A DNA stretch of 64,000 nucleotides from Bdellovibrionales bacterium (GTDB lineage Bacteria > Bdellovibrionota > Bdellovibrionia > Bdellovibrionales > JAGQZY01): contig JANPLN010000025.1 in NCBI GenBank assembly GCA_031426555.1, forward strand, positions 32,001 through 96,000, written 5' to 3'. The translations under genes were made by a program, and so were the position numbers. Under the pieces are notes generated by a model, which saw nothing but the letters and a program-made list of their open reading frames with translations, did not search any database and was not told the DNA's origin. Below, one piece after another: positions 58,026 to 64,000 of this stretch. Within the stretch, counting starts at the first letter, position 1. Each line of letters starts with the position of its first letter.

Positions 58026-58097
58026 TAAATTTTCCCCCTGAAATCATTGTAGAATCCCGAGCAAGTTAAACTGTTTTGTGAGCACTTAGTCAATATT

Positions 58098-58115
58098 GTG
58101 TCAGGGCGGTGACAC
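58098..58115. promoter_or_regulatory. Perfect dyad, putative regulator or enhancer-binding site
   Basis: GTGTCA-GGGCGG-TGACAC. Confidence 0.45.
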
Positions 58116-58188
58116 TTCTTGTAAAAATGATAGTTTTTGTAAGATTTGATTATTAACTCGAATCTACAGGCGATTGAGTGATTTTCGT

Positions 58189-58204
58189 TGGCTTGGCGCT
58201 TGCT
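58189..58204 (+). promoter_or_regulatory. Putative sigma54 promoter (rightward)
   Basis: TGGCTT-GGCGC-TTGCT. Confidence 0.4.
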
Positions 58205-58259
58205 ACTGCTTATGGTAGGTATTAATAAGTTTTGGGGAGTATTTAAGATGATGTTAGTT

Positions 58260-58286
58260 TTATCGGCAGTGTTTTCCTTGGTTTTC
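58260..58286 (-). promoter_or_regulatory. Putative sigma28 (FliA) promoter for the lipoprotein-metalloprotease-barrel operon
   Basis: Minus strand GAAA-N15-GCCGATAA (perfect -10 element). Confidence 0.55.
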
Positions 58287-58386
58287 ATCGTATCGACTGA
58301 ATCTTTGGCGGCAGGAATTCTCGCGTCGTCGCTATGGATCTTAGCCTCTTTTATGATGTTTTAAGCGTTTTTAAGGATTCAGCTTC

Positions 58387-59397
58387 GTGAAAATACTAAT
58401 TATTCGACTCTCTAGTTTTGGGGATATTCTCCAGGCGCAAGCCTGCCTACAAAACATCTACGACCACAATCCCAATGCGATGATCGCCCCTTCAATCGAT
58501 TGGCTCGTGCGCTCGGACTTTAAAGACCTTCTGCGAGAACAACCCCTGAATCACGTTTTCGCCCTCGAGCGCAAAGGTGGATTCATTGCTTTGCTTAAGA
58601 TGATCCGGCAAATGAGCGATACGCCCTACACGCACATTTATGATGCCCACAATAATTTACGTTCCTTCTGGGTGCGCTTTCTTCTGCCGCTTTTTATTTT
58701 TTTCCGCCACGGTCTTCTTCCCCGCGTTTTGGTTCGCAGCAAAAATCGCTGGCGGCGGTTTTTATTTTTTAAACTTCGACAGCCCGTGTTTCAAATGCCG
58801 TTTCGCGGGAGTTGTTCGTTTTTAACTCCCTTAGCAAACTGGGGAATGTCTCCAGAGTTTCAACAGCGCGCCCATTGGAAGACCACCACTAAAGTTCCGG
58901 TCCATCTTAACCCGCGTTTTATCGCCATTGCTCCGTCTGCCGCGTGGAAAACCAAACGCTGGCCCGTGGGCTTTTGGAAAAAACTCGTTGAGCTTTTGCC
59001 CAATGAATCCTTCGTGGTGCTCGGCGGGCCCGATGATACCTTTTGCGAGGAAATTGCTCGCACAGCACCTCATCGCGTGTTTAACTCTGCAGGCAAATTT
59101 TCGCTGCTTGAAAGCTGTGCCGCTGTTCGCGATGCGCAGTTGACCATCTCCGGCGACACCGGGATCCTGCACGCTGCAGATCAGATGCGGAGACTCAATA
59201 TTGGCCTGATCGGCCCCACTGCCTTTGGTTACACGAGCCAAAACCTCTCCGTGGTTCTCGAAACCCAGCTGCCTTGCAAACCGTGCAGCAAAGACGGGCG
59301 CGATCCATGTATAAATACGGTTTTTCAAAAATGCATGATCGAAATCACCCCCGAAAAAGTGGCCCACGCCGCAAAACTTTTGTTGGGACCGCAATGA
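58387..59397 (+). CDS. Glycosyltransferase family 9 (LPS heptosyltransferase-like)
   Basis: KILIIRLSSFGDI, APSAAWKTKRWP, ISGDTGILHAA, C.PC...C...C. Confidence 0.9.
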   Translation: MKILIIRLSSFGDILQAQACLQNIYDHNPNAMIAPSIDWLVRSDFKDLLREQPLNHVFALERKGGFIALLKMIRQMSDTPYTHIYDAHNNLRSFWVRFLLPLFIFFRHGLLPRVLVRSKNRWRRFLFFKLRQPVFQMPFRGSCSFLTPLANWGMSPEFQQRAHWKTTTKVPVHLNPRFIAIAPSAAWKTKRWPVGFWKKLVELLPNESFVVLGGPDDTFCEEIARTAPHRVFNSAGKFSLLESCAAVRDAQLTISGDTGILHAADQMRRLNIGLIGPTAFGYTSQNLSVVLETQLPCKPCSKDGRDPCINTVFQKCMIEITPEKVAHAAKLLLGPQ

Positions 59398-60641
59398 CCT
59401 TTGCCTACCGAATGATTTATTTTGTCGTTGTGCGGATGCTATTACCGCTGCTCCATGGCGTGAACGATAAGGTGGCGCGCGGATACCAACTGCGCCAACC
59501 ACAAAATGGCAAACTCCCCTGGCTCGCCACTCCAAAAGCGCTTCGCCCCCTTTGGATCCACTGTGCCTCGGGCGAGTTCGAATACGCGCTGCCGGTGATT
59601 CGCGAAATTAAAAAAAACAATCCTTTGCAAAAAATCCTCGTGAGTTATTTTACTCCCACCTATGCGGAGCGAATGAAGGCCGAGCCCCTGGTGGACTTTG
59701 TTGTTCCCGCCCCCTGGGATGAGCCCGGAGTCATCAAAGAATTTATCGATCACCATCAGCCCACCGCGCTGTTGTTTGCGCGAACGGACTTGTGGTTTGA
59801 AATGAGTCGCCAGTGCTCGCTCCGTAAAATTCCGGTGATTGTATTTTCGATGACCTTTCAAAAAAAAATAAATCTTATGTTACAGATTTTTTTGCGCTGG
59901 CGCTGGCAGTTTGTGGATCATTTTTGGGTGGTGTCGGAGACAGATGCCGCGCAATTAAAAAAGCTTCTTCCCCAGGCGCAAACTGAAGTGGCTGGCGACA
60001 GCCGCTACGACCAATGCCTTTACCGACTTTCGCAAAACAAAACACTGCCTTTTACAATTGCACAAAGCCCTCGCAAACTTATCATCGCTGGCTCCACCTG
60101 GCCCGAGGACGAAGCGGTTGTAATTCCCGCCATCAAAAAAACCACCGATTTGAGATGGATTGTTGTTCCCCACGAGAACACACCCACTCATTTGTCGCAG
60201 CTTGAGCAAAAGCTAAACGCCCAACAGATCGATTTTGTGCGATCAAGTCGCATCTCCGCCTGGGATGGAATGCAGGTTCTCGTCGTGGATCAGGTGGGAT
60301 TTTTAGCCGAGCTGTATGGGTTCGCTGATATGAGTTTTGTAGGTGGATCGTTTCGCAAGCAAGTGCACTCGGTGATGGAATCCTTGGCCTGTGGCTGTTT
60401 GACCTTCGTCGGACCGTTTTACAAAAACAATCGCGAGGCTATTGAATTTTCGTCGGAATTTTCGTCTGAATCCTCACCTGGTTCGCAACCGGCGGCGGTG
60501 CAGGTGGTGACGTCGTCAGACCAACTCACTCGCGGCATTCAGCACTTTGCGACCCAGTGGACAGCCTCCCATAGCAATGAGCTGCGGACGCGATTTGTAC
60601 AAAAAACTGGCGCCAGTAAGAAAATTGCCGCCAAAATTTAA
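59394..60641 (+). CDS. waaA: 3-deoxy-D-manno-octulosonic acid (Kdo) transferase
   Basis: LWIHCASGEF, GDSRYD, AGSTW, FVGGSF...HSVME; ATGA overlap with the GT9 gene. Confidence 0.88.
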   Translation: MTFAYRMIYFVVVRMLLPLLHGVNDKVARGYQLRQPQNGKLPWLATPKALRPLWIHCASGEFEYALPVIREIKKNNPLQKILVSYFTPTYAERMKAEPLVDFVVPAPWDEPGVIKEFIDHHQPTALLFARTDLWFEMSRQCSLRKIPVIVFSMTFQKKINLMLQIFLRWRWQFVDHFWVVSETDAAQLKKLLPQAQTEVAGDSRYDQCLYRLSQNKTLPFTIAQSPRKLIIAGSTWPEDEAVVIPAIKKTTDLRWIVVPHENTPTHLSQLEQKLNAQQIDFVRSSRISAWDGMQVLVVDQVGFLAELYGFADMSFVGGSFRKQVHSVMESLACGCLTFVGPFYKNNREAIEFSSEFSSESSPGSQPAAVQVVTSSDQLTRGIQHFATQWTASHSNELRTRFVQKTGASKKIAAKI

Positions 60642-60668
60642 CGATAGTTTGGGCGCTCTTCCCGGGTC

Positions 60669-61202
60669 TTACAACTTTTGAATAAAAATAATAATTTCGC
60701 CGATGCGGATTCCAAACTTGGACATCACAGCGCGATTGATGAGATTCTTTTCGTCCACCAAAAACATGGAATCATCAAACGGCACATTGTAAACCGTTCC
60801 ATCCACAGGAATTTTTAGAGTGTATTTCCAGTTCATCGCAAAACCGCTGGTCCCGCCATAGCCTGTTCCCTCAACATCGCTGGCGGTGCCTTCGTATTTA
60901 TTATCGGCGGTTTTTTTAATCTTCCACTCGCGCTTTTGAATTTCCTTGTTATCAAAAAGAAATTCTTCCTTAAGAGTTCCCAGATTGCCGTTCCATTCGC
61001 CTTTCAATGTAGCAGTAAAGCGACGAGTGACCACGTGCGACCGACTCATCACCACTCCCCATGCCTTCATTTCACCGTTAAAAAAGCGATCCAACTCCAA
61101 ACGAGGTCCTTTGTCTTTGTACGAATCCAGTGATGTAGCACAAGCACTCAACATAAATACTCCTAATAGATACTTCATAAAATGCATCATTTTGCGGTTC
61201 AT
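60669..61202 (-). CDS. DUF3833 family lipoprotein
   Basis: LSAC lipobox, FFNG..KAWG...RRF, L.E.F, GTASDV.G, NRA.MSKFGIR.GE. Confidence 0.85.
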   Translation of the reverse strand: MNRKMMHFMKYLLGVFMLSACATSLDSYKDKGPRLELDRFFNGEMKAWGVVMSRSHVVTRRFTATLKGEWNGNLGTLKEEFLFDNKEIQKREWKIKKTADNKYEGTASDVEGTGYGGTSGFAMNWKYTLKIPVDGTVYNVPFDDSMFLVDEKNLINRAVMSKFGIRIGEIIIFIQKL

Positions 61203-61669
61203 TTTAAAAGGGCCTTTCGCAAGCGCGGCTCAGAGGTTTTTTCACTCAACCAGATCCCAAAAAAATAGTCTGCGAATTCTGGATCATCCACTTGGCCTAA
61301 AAAGCGACCGCCTAAACAAAACAAACTTTTTTTATCTTTGCCGACAAATCCAACCAGCGCATCACCAGACTTTACATCGGGAATAATTTTTTTAAGCTGT
61401 TCAATCCAGACCGTTAACTTTTGAACCGGCCCTCCCAGCTTCTTGATTTCTTTTTCCGTGGCCTCCACGATTTTCGCGCCGGCAATTTCGCGTTTGTACT
61501 CTAATTTCAGTTGATACGGAGGCAAGGGGTAAGTTTCGTTGTAGCTGTAAGTGATGTCGTAGATATGAAAGCCCCAAACCTTAAAGGCGGCCTGGGCCTC
61601 TTTTTGAAGTGTTGTATGAGGACACTCCGAGGCCCAGGCATTAAAAATAAAAAGGAGTTTAACTAACAT
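61199..61669 (-). CDS. Chalcone isomerase-like protein
   Basis: VWGFHIYD, L.LEYKR, PDVKSGD, FFGIWLSEKTSEPRLRKALL; start placed at MLVKL. Confidence 0.8.
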   Translation of the reverse strand: MLVKLLFIFNAWASECPHTTLQKEAQAAFKVWGFHIYDITYSYNETYPLPPYQLKLEYKREIAGAKIVEATEKEIKKLGGPVQKLTVWIEQLKKIIPDVKSGDALVGFVGKDKKSLFCLGGRFLGQVDDPEFADYFFGIWLSEKTSEPRLRKALLK

Positions 61670-61729
61670 CAGACAATAGGGTATAATAAGTTTACGAAGT
61701 TGTAAACAATTATTTATTTGGAGCTCATA

Positions 61730-63082
61730 ATGAAAATTCTCATCACCGGCGGCACTGGTCTCATCGGAAAAAAACTTGGCATCGCGTTGGTTAAAAAAGG
61801 CCACACTTTGGTCGGTATTACCCGCAGCGCCAATCAGGCAAAAATTAGTGCTCCCTACCCTGCCACCTGGATCGAATGCGACCTCAACACCACTGTGCCC
61901 GACCTGAAGGATCACGACATCGACGGTGTTATCCATCTGGCTGGCGAAAACGTGGGCGAAAAAAATTGGTCCCCCGAACAGAAGGAAAAAATCCTACAGT
62001 CGCGCAAAAAAGGCACAAAAAATCTGCTCGCGGCAGTCAACGTTAAAAAAATACAGTTTTTCGTTGGCGCCTCGGCTGTGGGAATCTACGACTGGAGCAC
62101 CGATGATTCGATGCGCACCGAGGACAGTGCCCCGGCGTCGCACTTTCTGGCCGAAGTGACGCGGGCGTGGGAGCAAGAGAGCTTAAACTGCAAAGCTCGC
62201 ACGGTGCTGTTTCGCATTGGCGTTGTGCTTTCCACCGAAGGCGGTGCTTTGCCTAAAATGGTGTTTCCTGCACAAGTATTTGCTTCAAGCCCCCTTGGCA
62301 GTGGCCAGCAATGGATGAGCTGGGTACATATTCACGATGTGGTCGGCGCCATGGTTTTTGCCATTGAAACAGCGTCGATGAACGGTGTTTACAACCTTGT
62401 GGCTCCTGAAACCGCTCGCCAAAAGAAGATCGCGCAACAGATCGCAAAACAGCTCAACAGTTTTTACGGACCTCCGGTGCCGCAGTTTATGCTCAAACTG
62501 ATTCTTGGTGAACAGGCGGCCCTGGCGATCAATTCTTTAAACGTGAGTTCGCAAAAGTTAGTGAACGCAGGTTACCGGTTTCACTTTTCAAATGTGGACG
62601 CCGCCCTAGAAGATTTGCTGTCGACTTGGAAAAATGGCGTGGCTGTGAAGATCTATCAACAGTACTTTCCCCTTCCCAAAGATAAAGTTTTTGCTTTTTT
62701 CGCCGATGCGAAAAACCTTGAGCAAATAACGCCTAAAACTTTGAACTTTCAAATTACAAAAATGTCCACGGAACGTATTCAAAAAAACACAACGATTGAT
62801 TATAAGCTTAAAATCCATTCCGTTCCCGCCCGCTGGCGAACCCACATCGACACATGGGAGCCAAATACATCCTTCTCGGATTCTCAAATGAAAGGTCCCT
62901 ATTCTATTTGGCACCACACGCATACTTTCGAGCAGCTAGGTTCAGGCACACTGATGACGGATATCGTTCGGTATAAACTGCCAGCTGGACTTGTGGGTCG
63001 GTTGGCCGCGCAGGCGTGGGTGGACTCGGACGTGGAGAAAATTTTTGCCTATCGACGGGAATCCGTGGGCGTCCTGATTTAA
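61730..63082 (+). CDS. TIGR01777 (YfcH-like) NAD-binding protein fused to a C-terminal SRPBCC domain
   Basis: ITGGTGLIG, HLAGE, SAVGIY, RIGVVL, SWVHIHD; then FAFF.D..NL..ITP, F.D.Q.KGPY..W.H.H.F. Confidence 0.88.
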   Translation: MKILITGGTGLIGKKLGIALVKKGHTLVGITRSANQAKISAPYPATWIECDLNTTVPDLKDHDIDGVIHLAGENVGEKNWSPEQKEKILQSRKKGTKNLLAAVNVKKIQFFVGASAVGIYDWSTDDSMRTEDSAPASHFLAEVTRAWEQESLNCKARTVLFRIGVVLSTEGGALPKMVFPAQVFASSPLGSGQQWMSWVHIHDVVGAMVFAIETASMNGVYNLVAPETARQKKIAQQIAKQLNSFYGPPVPQFMLKLILGEQAALAINSLNVSSQKLVNAGYRFHFSNVDAALEDLLSTWKNGVAVKIYQQYFPLPKDKVFAFFADAKNLEQITPKTLNFQITKMSTERIQKNTTIDYKLKIHSVPARWRTHIDTWEPNTSFSDSQMKGPYSIWHHTHTFEQLGSGTLMTDIVRYKLPAGLVGRLAAQAWVDSDVEKIFAYRRESVGVLI

Positions 63083-63148
63083 GACGTTTTTGCAAAAATA
63101 CTTTCAGGCGTTTCCCATCCCCTCTAGAATGAAAATATCTCCTGAGGG

Positions 63149-64000
63149 GTGTATTTGGGGTCTCATTTTAAGTCTCACTTTAAAACGGTGGCGCAATCAC
63201 TTATAATTCTGTTTTGCGTGTCTGGCTTTATGCTTTTTCAAAATTGCGACTCTTACTATTCCGTAGGGCAACGCTCTGGAGAGAGCATTGCAGGCTTTAC
63301 CTTGGACTCCAAAGCGCAAACTATCCTGAGTCAAAACTGCTATGCCTGCCACACCGACACGCAAAGTGCTGGTGGAGTTTCGCATCTCGATAACACAAAC
63401 CTCATGGTGGATGACGGAGTCATTGTCCCGGGAAATTCAGAAACCTCACCTCTGATCAACGCCCTCGAAAGCAGTTCCATCCCCGAGCACGCACTCTCCG
63501 AGCAGAGCATGTCCATTTTGCGTGATTGGGTTGTCAGCTTAAACGATCGCTTCTCTCCGCCCGATGTCACGCAACCTCCAACGTGCACATTGACTGTTGA
63601 TAAAGCGGCCATCCTGCTTGGCGAAACTGTTACCGCCACGTTACAAATTACAGGAAAGGCGATCTCGGCTCGCATCCATGGTTTACCGGTAAATCCCGAC
63701 GGAGCCGCGCGAATGATTTCGCCCACAGCCACAGGCACCATTCAGGGCCAAGTGAGCAACGCGGCTGGAACGTCGCTTTGTCAAAGCGCTTCGGTTCAAG
63801 TCACCACAACTCCGGTGGAGCCGGGAAGTTTAGTTCCACGCTGTGCACTGTTAGCAAGCACCACCTCGGCAGTGCCAGGTGACACTGTCACTCTCGAGTT
63901 AAGCATTACGGGAATTGCTACCAGCGCTTCCATTAACAGCGTAGCGGTCGCAATCCCCGGAGGAGGAGTTTTTCCCTCGGTTGTTGTGAGGCCGATCAAT
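63149..64000 (+). CDS. Cytochrome c-domain lipoprotein with Ig-like repeats, truncated (not in the ORF track)
   Basis: Hand translation: FMLFQNC lipobox, ILSQNCYACH, VIVPGNSETSPL, ILRDWV, then P.C.L....G.TVT repeats; open to the window end; start GTG 63149 or TTG 63155. Confidence 0.75.
   Translation, partial: MYLGSHFKSHFKTVAQSLIILFCVSGFMLFQNCDSYYSVGQRSGESIAGFTLDSKAQTILSQNCYACHTDTQSAGGVSHLDNTNLMVDDGVIVPGNSETSPLINALESSSIPEHALSEQSMSILRDWVVSLNDRFSPPDVTQPPTCTLTVDKAAILLGETVTATLQITGKAISARIHGLPVNPDGAARMISPTATGTIQGQVSNAAGTSLCQSASVQVTTTPVEPGSLVPRCALLASTTSAVPGDTVTLELSITGIATSASINSVAVAIPGGGVFPSVVVRPIN

Noticed and set aside
58025..58288. 87-aa ORF upstream of the lipoprotein operon
   Set aside because: It overlaps promoter-like motifs in an AT-rich intergenic region and has no recognisable features.
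54982..59535. Long antisense ORFs (54982-55680 plus, 58831-59535 minus) and similar shadows elsewhere
   Set aside because: They lie opposite well-supported genes and show no motifs of their own.
61670..61936. N-terminal extension of the 245-aa chalcone-isomerase-like ORF
   Set aside because: It overlaps the divergent TIGR01777 gene; the signal-peptide start at 61669 is more plausible.

Overview
A 64-kb bacterial chromosomal window, most likely from a Bdellovibrionota (Bdellovibrio-like predator). That assignment is inferred from gene content: many secreted orphan lipoproteins including an FQNC lipobox, a mosaic fibre protein with GNVGIGT repeats, and FliA- and sigma54-like promoters. The left part (1-13.5 kb) is core housekeeping on the minus strand: queA-tgt-yajC-secD-secF-recJ-queC-DUF366, then fbaB-lysS-rhodanese-hydrolase. 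Between queA and tRNA-Leu(GAG) lies a candidate Csr/Rsm-type sRNA with several GGA hairpins and an intrinsic terminator. Downstream of the tRNA is an island-like accessory block (about 13.6-27.4 kb). It holds a HEPN-MNT toxin-antitoxin pair, a LysR-controlled enzyme operon ending in a pseudogene, a four-gene hybrid two-component cluster, a SOUL protein, a secreted toxin-like orphan, and a Y1/RAYT-like HUH transposase next to 22-bp tandem repeats and hairpins. The right half carries envelope and predation-type loci: an OlsB/OlsA-like acyltransferase pair, an LTA-synthase-family protein, AlkB, a fibre adhesin, a YceI/cytochrome/barrel cluster, a secreted agmatine/peptidylarginine deiminase, arfB, two inverted ~200-bp REPIN/MITE-like elements, an MMPL-LolA fusion with a barrel, a metzincin operon, LPS core transferases and a truncated cytochrome lipoprotein. 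All calls rest on motif reading only; no database searches were run.
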